Source: Tubulanus polymorphus (lineage: Eukaryota; Animalia; Nemertea). Taken from it: 64,000 nt of DNA. Below the pieces are notes generated by a model. It searched no databases. It saw nothing but the letters and a program-made list of their open reading frames with translations, and was not told where the DNA came from. Where the stretch lies: assembly GCF_964204645.1 (NCBI RefSeq), contig NC_134035.1, forward strand, positions 2,356,001 to 2,420,000, read 5' to 3'. Below, piece by piece: positions 52,701-64,000 of this stretch. The position numbers were made by a program, and so were the translations under genes. The number at the start of each line of letters is the position of its first letter. Position 1 is the stretch's first letter.

Positions 52701-55228
52701 ATGCCGGCGTTTGCCACAGGTGTAAAACGGCCATTTTAATGTGAAATTACATAAAACTGTCGACTCAACGCAGGCACTCTATGATCAATTATCAAGGATT
52801 TTAGCTTTGAAAAAAGGTAGAATGATTTATTCGGCCGACCGTGATTATGGTAAACATGGAACTAGGGGAAGCAAGGGGAAGAATTAATTTCTCTTAGGCG
52901 AAAACTCAGAAAATTTGATGAACTTATTCTGGAAAAAAAACAGGGAAATAGTGTGGTCAAAATCATCAGACCTGGGGCAAATTTTAGCACAAATTATTGC
53001 ATGTGAATTGCAACTAGTTCCGGAAGTGAATCACTTCGCTTTGTCTGTCGACATTGTTTAGTATTGAGTGAGTGGTTTCTGACTTGGTATTAGCTCTAAT
53101 TGAACCGGGCCGGTTTGGTCCAGGCAAAATCATCTCCGCGTAATCCCGGCTATGGTTCGTCTCTCGAGAAGGGGTCCTATACGCTAACCGGAAAATATAG
53201 AGGTTACATTAAACGAAACCGTTCATTCAGTTTTATGGATATTCCAATAAATAGATAGTGATCCACTTAAACTCCGCCTCAGTGCGCGCATACCTCACAT
53301 ACCATCATCCTATGGTTCTCGACCTGATTTTCAGATATAATACAACAATGTTTTTCGAGCGGTCCTAAAACTCAAGTGGCCATTTCTATAAAATAATCGA
53401 TATCCCTTTCACCACGCGCGCTGCCTATATTTCTATTGTTTGCATATAGACCGGTAATGTGTACACGTAACATTACGAACACTTCTGATATAAACAGATC
53501 TCTGTCGGGGTAGAAGCTTGAAGAGTATCAAACTTGTTTATGTCTCTCGTATAAGGTATGATAAACTCGCACATACAGCGAGCGCCAAATGGGAACTATA
53601 TAACCCAGTTTACGGGCAGATCAGCTGAGATACGTTACTATATTCGGAATCAAACATTACGTTGTCGTTACTTCGACTCATCGGATAAGTCGTCACATCA
53701 CCGAAGTCTTCTCGACTTTTGAGTTCAAATTTTTGTGTTTTTAATTCAATTCATTTAGTGTAAAGTAATCATTTCGATAAGTCGTCAACATAAAGTCGTC
53801 CCAACAACGAGGACTTTTGAGCGAGTTCGACTGTGATTGGTAATTATTCTCGAAGTCAGATCAAACTGAAAGATTTTCAATAATTGTACTCTAATGTAAG
53901 TAATTGGCTGGTTATAAAAGGCTATTTCATTTCTGAAAACTAAAAACAGGTTTGTGACAGCATTATTTCCGTATGTTTTGCTCGAAGCTTCCGAATTAGG
54001 ATCTTATTAGGAATTAGTTCATTGCTCTTTCTTCCTGTAACAATTATCATTGATTTGTCGCCTTGACTGAAAAATTGAAAAATTTGATTTGAAAGTTTTG
54101 TCGCTGTTCATATTTACGGGTGTTTAAAGCTGTGAAAACCTGTAAATTTTATTTTTTTTAAATAGTTTTTCTATGCAAATAGATTTTTTACAGTTTTGAA
54201 TTTATAGGGTTATTAAATCCCAGGGCCTGTTTTTATAGATCAGTATTAACTCAGAGCTGTCATCTGTTCCAGATTTTCAGTATTTTGTTTCAATTTTATC
54301 TCGTGAAATCCTGATTTTATTAGTTTGATAGGTACAGAAATGTTAGAGGTAACAGCAGTTATAGGCTTAAAGGATTACGATATATCTAGTTAACGGGTAT
54401 TTGCGTAATGGGGAACCTCCGCTGCTACTGTGGCAATCAGGGGTGCGCCAGGTGTCGGTAGTAGTCGGGTCGGTCTTAGGCTTTCAATTTCTGCAAGATT
54501 CCGAGTAAAATCGAATGAACTTTTCTCTTAAGTAAATCAATTATCGATGAACGTTCTACCAATCACTGAATAGAAAAATGAATTTGATGTTTATTTGGAA
54601 GGTCCTGCGATAATGTATGGATTCGGAAGCTAAAACAATTCAATTCAAAGTTCACAGTTGTAATGAAGTAACTAATTTTGACGCCATCTGGCAGGATAAC
54701 TGGTGTCGCGATGCTCCATTGTATTACGTATCTATTTATTACAGTGACACGTTTATTATACAGTTACTAGAACACTACTGTTTGGACCAATGATAGAATG
54801 GCAGTGACATAAATAATTTTATTTTCTTTGAATGGGAGTTCGATTATTAGGCGAATTTGTTACGTGAAAAATGTTGGCGTTGAAAGTGACGCTATAACGG
54901 ACTTCAAGTGTGTAGGAATTATAGATAGAAGTTTTAGAGTACCCAGTCCTAATTTAGACATATGCGAAATGATGATAAAGAGTACTTGTATTAGTATGCA
55001 GCTGAAATAGTCTTTTATAACTGGTTCAAATTTTGCCGTAGTCGAAGAGATTTCTACTGAGATAATTAAGATTAGTGAATGGCGCGTACCGAAACTGTCG
55101 TCGTGATCATCATATTCATACGCAGCGCTGTCGCGAATTAGAAATTGTCAGAAAATTAGTACGCGATAGATATTGATTGTTGTTCCGGTAAAAAAAATCT
55201 GTGCGATTTGTGAAAAAAGCGCTTTGCG

Positions 55229-55336
55229 ATGTCGTGGATGTTGGTGCTGGAGTCGTCGTCGGGGAATCTGTCCGATTCGGCGTTACAGGGCAGTCGCAGT
55301 CCCGGTGAGATAGTACGACGCTATCATCAAAGACGG
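55229..55336 (+). CDS. Candidate alternative first coding exon C (36 aa, phase-0 donor)
   Basis: MSWMLVLESSSGNLSDSALQGSRSPGEIVRRYHQRR|GTAAGT, 108 nt, consensus donor, CpG-rich island. Confidence 0.55.
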
Positions 55337-55406
55337 GTAAGTCATCAGTCCCTTCTGTGAAATAGTGATGCCTTTTTTCTAAAATAGACTCGTTTTGGTA
55401 TCCGAT

Positions 55407-55581
55407 ACTAAGGCAGGTACCTATTCCGGTATTGTCTTAGGTTCGCTTGAAACAAAGGCAGGTACCTATTCCGGTGTTGTCTTAGGTTCGCTGAAACTAA
55501 GGCAAATACCTATTCCGGTATTGTCTTAGGTTCGCTTGAAACTAAGGCAGGTACCTATTCCGGTATTGTCTTAGGTTCGCT
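55407..55581. repeat. 44-45-bp tandem repeat x4
   Basis: ACTAAGGCAGGTACCTATTCCGGTATTGTCTTAGGTTCGCTTGAA. Confidence 0.92.
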
Positions 55582-56844
55582 CGAATTATTTTGGAATAGC
55601 TTGATCTGTAAACCTTATAAAAGTGGAGAGTTTATAATCCAGAATCGCTATTCCTTAATCGGACCTGCATTCAATCAAAACCTGCCCTAGGTCAAAACGC
55701 TTACCTGCAAATCAGGAAATAATCAGAGACTTTTGTAAAGAAGTTAAAAATCAAGGAAAGGTTTGGGAAATTTGTTGAAATTGCTATATCACACTTATAA
55801 TGATATGTAAAATGTTGGTTATTATTAGGGGTAGTAATACCAAGAGCCTAAGATGTTGCCGCCAGACTTACACTTGGTACTGGTATTACAAGGTTCCGCA
55901 ACAATTTTTAAAACCGGTTTTTGCTAGATTGTGTTCATCAGTTGTAAAAATAGTTTCTATAATTTGTTTACAGTAATATAAGTAATCAGCGGCTTCCAGG
56001 GCGATTTTGGATAAGAGTTTTTGCTTCTATTCTTTCAATTTTGATTAACATTTTATTCGCGATGACGACGAGTTCAAAAGTAGAATACAATATGATAGTT
56101 ATGATTCATATTTGTTTATATTCGGTGCTTGATTTAATTAACCCGTTTACATAACAATGCATCAATCTGTTGTTTCTGATAATGACACCAGTGGTAAAAC
56201 CACCACAGACTGCTGTTTCGCTGCTGCGTCCAGTCACTAACTCCGGACACTTGTTTGTGTGTTTTAGTGTGAATAGTTCATGCAGTCGGAATCTATTGAT
56301 TTTCAAATTATTCGAGTTGAATCTGGTCGAAAAATTCGCGAGTCCAAACTTAACCATCTGCTGAGATAGGTTGATATTTTTGTTGACAGTTTTAGCGAAT
56401 AGTTTTATGAAGTGAGTTCTTAACTGTGAATTGTGTTCCGACTTCATATCGACGGATTATATCTTTGGGGGGGGGATTATTTTACGGGTCTCGACCGGGC
56501 TGGCTTATAACGAGGCATTTGTTCGACTTCCCGGCCGTTGCGCCGTATGGTCCTGTCTGAACCCTGGTAATCATTTCATACCGTACATATACATATCGAA
56601 TAAACATACTTTTAAAACCGGTTTGAAAATTTATTACGACGCACTGTAATGTATACGTGAATCGCTGAATCATGTTTATTTCATAGACAGTTAATGTGAA
56701 TTTTGAATGGAGTCGATTCGACTCGCGCTATAATGAACTTATTACAAGGAATTTGTCAGCGCTGCTCATCACGTGACAGAGTTTAGGAATTCAGTAAGGA
56801 TTTAACACTGAAGCAGGATTATCTAGGTGCATTGGGAGTCTGTG

Positions 56845-57410
56845 AGTATGTTGGAATATGCTGAAGTATGTTGGAGTATACTGAAGTATGTTGGAATATG
56901 CTGAAGTATGTTGGAGTATGCTGAAGTATGTTGGAGTATGCTGAAGTATGTTGGAGTATACTGAAGTATGTTGGAATATACTGAAGTATGTTGGAGTATG
57001 CTGAAGTATGTTGGAGTATGCTGAAGTATGTTGGAGTATACTGAAGTATGTTGGAATATACTGAAGTATGTTGGAGTATGCTGAAGTATGTTGGAGTATA
57101 CTGAAGTATGTTGGATTATACTGAAGTATGTTGGAGTATGCTGAAGTATGTTGGAGTATACTGAAGTATGTTGGAGTATACTGAAGTATGTTGGAGTATG
57201 CTGAAGTATGTTGGAGTATACTGAAGTATGTTGGATTATACTGAAGTATGTTGGAGTATACTGAAGTATGTTGGATTATACTGAAGTATGTTGGAGTATA
57301 CTGAAGTATGTTGGAGTATGCTGAAGTATGTTGGAGTATACTGAAGTATGTTGGAGTATACTGAAGTATGTTGGAGTATACTGAAGTATGTTGGAGTATA
57401 CTGCAGTATG
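56845..57410. repeat. 20-bp minisatellite, about 28 copies (dimer of related 10-mers)
   Basis: (CTGAAGTATG TTGGAGTATR)n. Confidence 0.98.
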
Positions 57411-57718
57411 AGCGCCTTTTGAGCTGATAAGACAGAGATGCCTGATTTAAGTTTGGGACCGGTTTAAGGTATCATTTCTAACTCTAATCGACTCCTAGGA
57501 TGGATCTACGGGTGTCGGAGGGGTACTTTGTTGCCTACACTTATCACTGGCTCGTGGGCCTTTCTTTTAACCTCTGAATACCACTTCATCTTTTCTAAGA
57601 TCTGCTCTTATTGTGGTTAACTCAGTCGCCCGATATTGTGACTTCATATCAGTAGAAGTCTTAAGTCCGGTTTTAAGCTATGAAACCAAAATTGACTCGA
57701 ACGGGTTTGAAATGTTCT

Positions 57719-57791
57719 GTCTTCATGGCTCGGTGGATACGGTTTCTGACTCGTAACCCAGCGGAGGTGGGTCCAAATCCCAGTGAGACCA
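57719..57791 (+). pseudogene. tRNA-derived pseudogene or SINE head (Thr-CGT-like)
   Basis: GTCTTCA..TGAGAC acceptor-like stem, A-box TGGCTCGGTGG, anticodon-like loop CT-CGT-AA, T-arm GTGGG-TCCAAAT-CCCAG. Stems are imperfect, so probably not functional. Confidence 0.5.
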
Positions 57792-60771
57792 CGTTATTCA
57801 GGCAGGACATATATCAGTGTTTTCACAGTCGCTGCACTCACAACAAATCATAAACCAGTGAAAGTAGCGATAGTGTAGAAGTAGTTGTAAATCTTCGCGT
57901 TAATGTGCAATTGGGCCCTGGAGTCTTAAGTTTAACCATCCCGCCCCATGAGTAAACTTCTCACTTCTCTTTCAGCTTTTTTTTCCCACATATTTGAATC
58001 CTGTTCCAGCTCTACGTAATGTTCTGAGGAGCATTTTCAATATTCTATGTGTCTAATGTGCCTTCTCAGTATTTCATGTGTCTGATGAGCTTTCTCGATA
58101 TTTTATGTGAATGGGCTTGTTTCGAAAAGTGGTTTTATCCACTTCAGCCAACTGTGTCGAGAGAACTTGAAAACTTGAAATTCTCTTACGATCTCTGTCT
58201 GTCAGTGGATCAGTGTTTTTATTAGATAAATTCACATTCATTGTCTCCTCGTCCGTCGTCGCTGTGTGGTAGTTTTTTCCGACGTTGTTGTTGCTATGGT
58301 AGAGCTAATGACGGAAAGAAACAATTCGTCGATCGTCGCATGTTTCTTACTGTTATGCGGTATTCTCACGCTACAACACGGCGAGGTTTCTAATTATTCG
58401 TACGAAAGGGAATTCAAAGTTGGTGAGAACGAGGGTTTCTGTCTTATCTCAACGTTCAAGGCTATGCCTTCTATGAATTGCAGTAGAAGAGACTTTGCGC
58501 TTTTGAATTGATGCTTTGCATTATTCAAGCAATGGAAATGTTGTCGTGTTGAATTGTGTCGTGTACGAGGCATTTGAATTTTCGCAGCGTAGAGAAAGGA
58601 GAGCTACAGCATGTGTCACCGATGTATCGTATGTATGCAACAACAAGCGGTAGTCTCAATATTTAGCTTCGTTTGTGACTAATTGGGATAATTACGGATG
58701 AATCTCGTTAATGAGTAACTCGTGGAATCTGCTGCACTGTGCTCGTTCTAATTTCAGCTGTGATTGCGTTGTTTAGTTCCGATGTATTTGTCCTTTTTCA
58801 ATGTTCACCGAAACAACAGTTGCTATTCGCTATTGTTTTTGGTACAGTACAACTTGAATTTGACACTGCAAAAAATGTCCATACGATCACAGATACATCT
58901 CAAAGAGGAATACTGCTATTCATCAATCTAGTTTCTTCTGTTGGATTAAGGCTTGGTTATTTTTCGCGAGGATCATGGATGATGAATCGTTCTCCGATAC
59001 CTGGATATGTTGAAATGTTAAAAGAGTAAGGCTGTTAGCTGAGTGATGTATGTTTGCCGATGAATTTTGTGATATGGGATGTATGTGTGCATTTTGACTC
59101 GGCCCTGTGCATGCCTCGCACGAATCTGGTGCATTGGATTCGGGTCGAGAGTTCTATCTTTCTTTCCCTAGGTCTCCGAAGCGTTGCTCACATGGCTCTG
59201 CTCGTCCTGGGACAAAATCGTAGTTTGAAAATTTTAGAAAAATTCCACCCCAGTGCGGTGTACAACAGGGATGCTGCTAAAGTACATCTACACTGAAGTG
59301 CAGTGTATTGTTAGATACTAATACTTAAATGTGTTTGACAAGTGCTGCCATCTTTCATTAGATAACTGAACACTGCGTTGTGGTGTGTCTGGTAAATCTT
59401 TCAACAATATATACACCGCACTGCGATGTAGACGCACTGAAAGGGTGAAGTTAGCGATGAATGCATCGCTTTTGGATATGAAACGCCGGCGTCTATGAAT
59501 AATCCAAATACTCACTTACCGCAGTTTGATTCGATGGAAATTCAACGCAATTAAGTATATTCCAGTGAGCCAGCAAAGTGCCGCAGTAGGAAGGAGTCCC
59601 TGGACGTTAAGCGCCGTCTGGAAGGGCTTTTATCATCGTGTGATCACTATCACTGATATATATATATATATATATAATTACACATGACACTGATAAACTG
59701 TCATGTGTAATTATGGTAAAGTGCATTTAGCGTGGCCGCGTTTGAAGTTACAACGTCGATCAACGTTGTCTATTTCTGTGCGCTTTTATACTGACGATAA
59801 GTGACAAACTGTCACTGTGAACGTGCGTGTCAGATAAAACGATACCGATTCAGTCTATCGTCGGTCGCGAATTTGTTTCTTTAAAAGGTAAAGAGTGAGG
59901 GCGAACGCATGTGTCTATACGAGACGCGACTGATGAAAAACTGAAACCGTCGGTTTTGAAGTCGTGGTGTTATTTCTCGTGCGAAATGTGTCTTCACGTG
60001 AAATACGCCGAACTGTAAAAGCAACATCTCATTTTCAATCAGTTATAGTATAGCTTCTTCTATAGGTACATTTTGCTTGACGTACAACATAACAGATTAG
60101 ATCACCGTCTTTGCTGCTGTTACAGTTCTGACATCGGTACTTGTTTCGTCGTGCTAATTTAGGCGTTGTTGGTTCTATATTCCGACTATTTATAGATTTG
60201 GATAGAAGTTGATTGGCTGCTGGAGCGAGGTGACAATTCGACGATTCATTCACAACTTCACCGTCAAACCTGGGATTCCGCGAATGATTTGACATTGTAG
60301 GAGCGTTTGAGAGGATTCGGAGATTATTTACCATAGCTTCATCCATAGAGGACATATAGATACCAGTGAAGAGAAGTCAAACTCGTTTAAATAGTAATCG
60401 AGTCGGATTACTGTCGGATCATCTCTGTTTTTTAGTCCCAATTTGTGCATTTCCAATTTTAAACTTGCTGAACGTAAGTCTTCATTTGGATAAGTCATCA
60501 ACTTGGACCTCTTGGAATCTTATCGGCGCAGTTTCGCAGAAGAAAGAATTGAGTGCTTGAGTTTTGCATTTTCAATTGACATAATCGTGATACAGAACGA
60601 TATTCATCATTTGTGACTGGAAAGGAAAGAACACTATATTAGAATCGGGACATAAATATCAATAGGAAAAAACCAGAACAATTCGCGCGTAGACTAAATC
60701 TCGACGTAAAAGGAAAATTCTCTGATCGCAGCGGGAACTCGATCGGTATCTACGTCATTTTTCGCGTAAGA

Positions 60772-60954
60772 ATGCCCGCTATAGCCGGTACAATGGCCGA
60801 CGCGTTAGACCGACGTCGCCTCAGTTTGGTCGTCGCGCCGACCGTTCAGCGCGCGACGGAAACGCCGCAACAATCGAGTAATCAACGTCGTAACAGCGTC
60901 GCCGTGTTCCCGAGTTTCCGGCGTCGTACGAGTCGAACGAGTTCCTATTCAGAG
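60772..60954 (+). CDS. Candidate alternative first coding exon D (61 aa, phase-0 donor)
   Basis: MPAIAGTMADALDRRRLSLVV...RRRTSRTSSYSE|GTGAGT, 183 nt, consensus donor, CpG-rich. Confidence 0.65.
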
Positions 60955-60980
60955 GTGAGTTTTATAACGTGGGCAGCAGA

Positions 60981-61048
60981 CGCGAGCCGCGATCACGCGA
61001 GCAGCGATCACATGAGCTGCGATCACGCGAGCCACGATCACATGAGCC
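60981..61048. repeat. 15-bp tandem repeat x4-5 just after exon D donor
   Basis: (CGCGAGCNRCGATCA / CATGAGCTGCGATCA)n. Confidence 0.85.
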
Positions 61049-63825
61049 AATTGTGTCCCGAGCCACTTTCGGCCCGGGCCAACATTTCACTCCGGTGTAA
61101 AATTTTGTGCCTCGTCAACACAAAAATTGGCCAGATCTGACTGGAACCAGATTCAGCCCGGACCAACCAATCGTTCGCATCGGTGCCTTATGGATATATG
61201 CATATTTGACTATTGGCCTGACCAAAAATGTTGGACCAGGCCTGTGCAAAATTTCGATACAGGTCATATTCTATTTGAATGCGTACTAGTTCTGGAAGTG
61301 ACTCGCCTCACTTTCCACAGCATTATTTTGATATTAAGCGCCGGCCAAATTTGACTCTGGTCTGGTCAAAACCAATTTGACCCAAGGCAAATTGTCTCCA
61401 TGTGATCGCGGCTTTTAATAACTGTGACCAAGTCCATTGTCGCCTCCAGTAGATTTTAAAGCAAAAATGTACTACGCTAAATGTATTCTTTCCTGAAAAT
61501 GTTATCATATAAAGCCTGGAGCTCAGTTTCCCAGATTTAGACCAGTTTACTGGTTTTTGCAACAACACCAGTCTGATCTAAAAGCAAAATCAGGTTTGAA
61601 ATTGTTCCTTTTTTTACAAAATGGCATTTTATTACGTATTTGAATTGAAAATTGGAATTTGTAGGAAGTTGAATGCTACGACGGATTAGGGCATGACTCG
61701 AGTATGGAGGTCGGACTCGATGCGAGGTCCACGGGAAAAACGACCTCGAGGAAATATGTATGAATCTCATTTTTTATGTACGAGCTATGTCTCTGAGACA
61801 GCGTCCGAGTTAAGCATACTTATTTGTGGACGTAATTTCCTTTTAGAAAAAACTTGAGAGAAAAACTCGTAAAAAATAGTTATAGTAATGATGACATTTA
61901 TTGGAAAATGTGGAAAATCTTTTATCGAAATGACAAAATACGGTCAAACTCGCGTAAGTTATCATTATTTGGAGTCCCAATTTGTCAATCGTCCCGCTAT
62001 AATTTGTATGCTTAAATCTAGTGTCGAGATATAGCTCTTGAACTAACAATAGAAGATTAGATAGCTGTCTTCCTTATACGGAAATAGTTTTCGAACTTAG
62101 ATGTAATCGACACAGCAAACTAATCCAGTCCAGGAGGAATAGTAGTTCTGCCTTATTAGTATAGATGGCGTCTGCAGCTATCCTGAATTACTAGTTACTC
62201 TATATTGACTTCGCTATTCTTCTGATGCTGTAAGTGTAGAATGTACAATTGGTAGCACTATGAATATATATATATATATATATAGTCCAATGAGTACTAT
62301 ATCTTATACCTAGTCTAGTAGTTTCGCAAATTTAGAAACTTGTGTGTTTACCGCGATATATCGAAATTTTTTACGAGAATGTGAAAATGCAGTTGAAGTT
62401 GCTCAAGTTGTCACAGTGCGTCGCATTGCTTTAGTCAATGACCTGAATCTGAAACATCTAGAAAAACAACAAAATAGCTACATAAAATCTTCCTCCCAAT
62501 TTTTTTTCAAACTGCATCAAATTGAATTCAAATTGTATTTTACACTACATAATAAATCTATTGGACTACTATTTCCGTAGTGAATTTAACCGACTGCGAT
62601 TGTCATTAATTAATCATCATCACATGTGAAACATGAACAATGTTTTAAACAGAATTAATCCCTATCCGTGTATTGAGTGAATTTTTTTGTCTTAATTATA
62701 AACATCCGTTGTGTGGTTTTGTTTGTGGTTGCGGTGGTGTTATGTGCCGGGTGAAAATGGGATTGGTGTCTAACTTTGTCGTGCAGTTCGACGGCTAACC
62801 TAATAAACAACTACTGGGCTCAAAAGTTGATCAAACCATAACACGTTGCTGTTGAAAAGGCTCTAATGGACGGCTGCGTGGAACAGCCAGCCCCTGGGTT
62901 TTTATACCCCATACGCAAGCCCATTAAGCGTTCGCAATTCTTTGGGGGGGGAAAATTTTCCGATGATCGGTCGTAACGTCGGGTGATAAAATGCATGTTA
63001 TGGTGAATTAATTTATTTATGACTGCCGGTCTGTATGTGTGTAATCAAATCAGTTAAAATTATCGCTTACAGTTGGAAGCTCCTACCGCAGATGATAGCT
63101 GGCTGAGTGTAGAGTGGTGCCACTCCCACCATCATAGCTGAATGAGTGTAGTGTGGTGCCACTTTCACCATCGGCACATCGGAAAAAAATCAAATTCAGA
63201 ATTCAAGAATAACTTGTATCTGATCGATTTGTAGAATGAATATAACATGAATTCATTCATCCACTTGTTGAAGCTACAATACACTAGTAACGAATGCTCG
63301 TACTCCCAACGAACTTTAGTTAACCTATAAAGATTAAGATTGAAGATTAAGACAGGTTTCTATTGGTCTTCAGGAATCATCTTCATTTCGCTTTGACCAG
63401 AACATGTTCTTTCCGGAATAACGCAAAAGAGGAACGGCTCGTAGAGAATTTTTAATCCGGAACTCCCAAACTGGAATACGTAAAATCGAAATCTGCTGTA
63501 GGTTATTACACCATTACAAGAAGTGCTTGTAAACTCATATCTTTCCATCATCTCATCTCAGAAGAGAATATTCTCAACTTGAGACTGCGATGTTTAAAGG
63601 GTTAATTTCACGATGTGTCTGAATTGAGCAATCAGCGAACCATGCTTTGTGAAGTTGAAAATAGAGTTTTTATTCGACGTCTCGAACGGAATCTATTTCT
63701 CGCGTTCGACTGCAGCGAATGTCTCGTCGACTCGTGGCTGTAATATCCAATAAACAATGATCGTAGGTAGTTATTTAACGGTATGTACACCTGCGTCCTT
63801 ACAGTTCATACATCGTATATTCCTT

Positions 63826-64000
63826 ACTACTGTTTACCTCGACTACCGAAGTCACTCCCGGGCATTTTCTTAGAATGTCGTAGACGTAAGGTGGAGCTCC
63901 TCAGACAGGGGTGGATTTAGGGGGAGCTCGGGGCACGCACTCGTCACTACTGTTTACCTCGACTACAGAAGTCACTCACGGGCATTTTCTTAGAATGTCG
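63826..64000. repeat. 120-bp-period direct repeat running off the window end
   Basis: ACTACTGTTTACCTCGACTAC..GGCATTTTCTTAGAATGTCG at 63826 and 63946. Confidence 0.85.

Noticed and set aside
57719-57791. Functional tRNA-Thr gene
   Set aside because: Mismatched anticodon and acceptor stems and a T-loop lacking TTCG; treated as a SINE or pseudogene.
63340-63381. Additional minus-strand hammerhead (CTGAAGA-CCAATA-GAAA-CCTGTC)
   Set aside because: No stem II pairing and poor stem I; at best a decayed copy.

Overview
Intron-rich, AT-rich eukaryotic DNA from an invertebrate animal, so most of the supplied ORF track is noise; genes were reconstructed by hand from splice signals. Minus strand, head to tail: a complete 8-exon JMJD7 (19861->16364, 320 aa), a complete HSDL1-type short-chain dehydrogenase (15622->8670, about 382 aa), and the first coding exon of a ZnT1/SLC30A1-type zinc exporter (193->17). 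Plus strand, divergent from JMJD7: the 5' part of a large OSBPL8/ORP8(5)-type lipid-transfer gene whose PH/ORD exons lie beyond the window. Most notable: (1) HSDL1 has two intact, diverged copies of its cofactor-binding (TGxxxGxG) exon, which look mutually exclusive; (2) the ORP8 intron after ...KLSKRESLK holds 3-4 ATG-initiated exons that all end at phase-0 donors, i.e. swappable N-termini at the polybasic segment; (3) ZnT1 has two candidate leader exons, each preceded by three metal-response elements; (4) a cluster of Penelope-type minimal hammerhead ribozyme motifs lies at 27.1-28.4 kb. Many MITEs, tRNA-derived SINE pieces and minisatellites fill the introns. Homology calls come from my recollection of family sequences, not from a database search.
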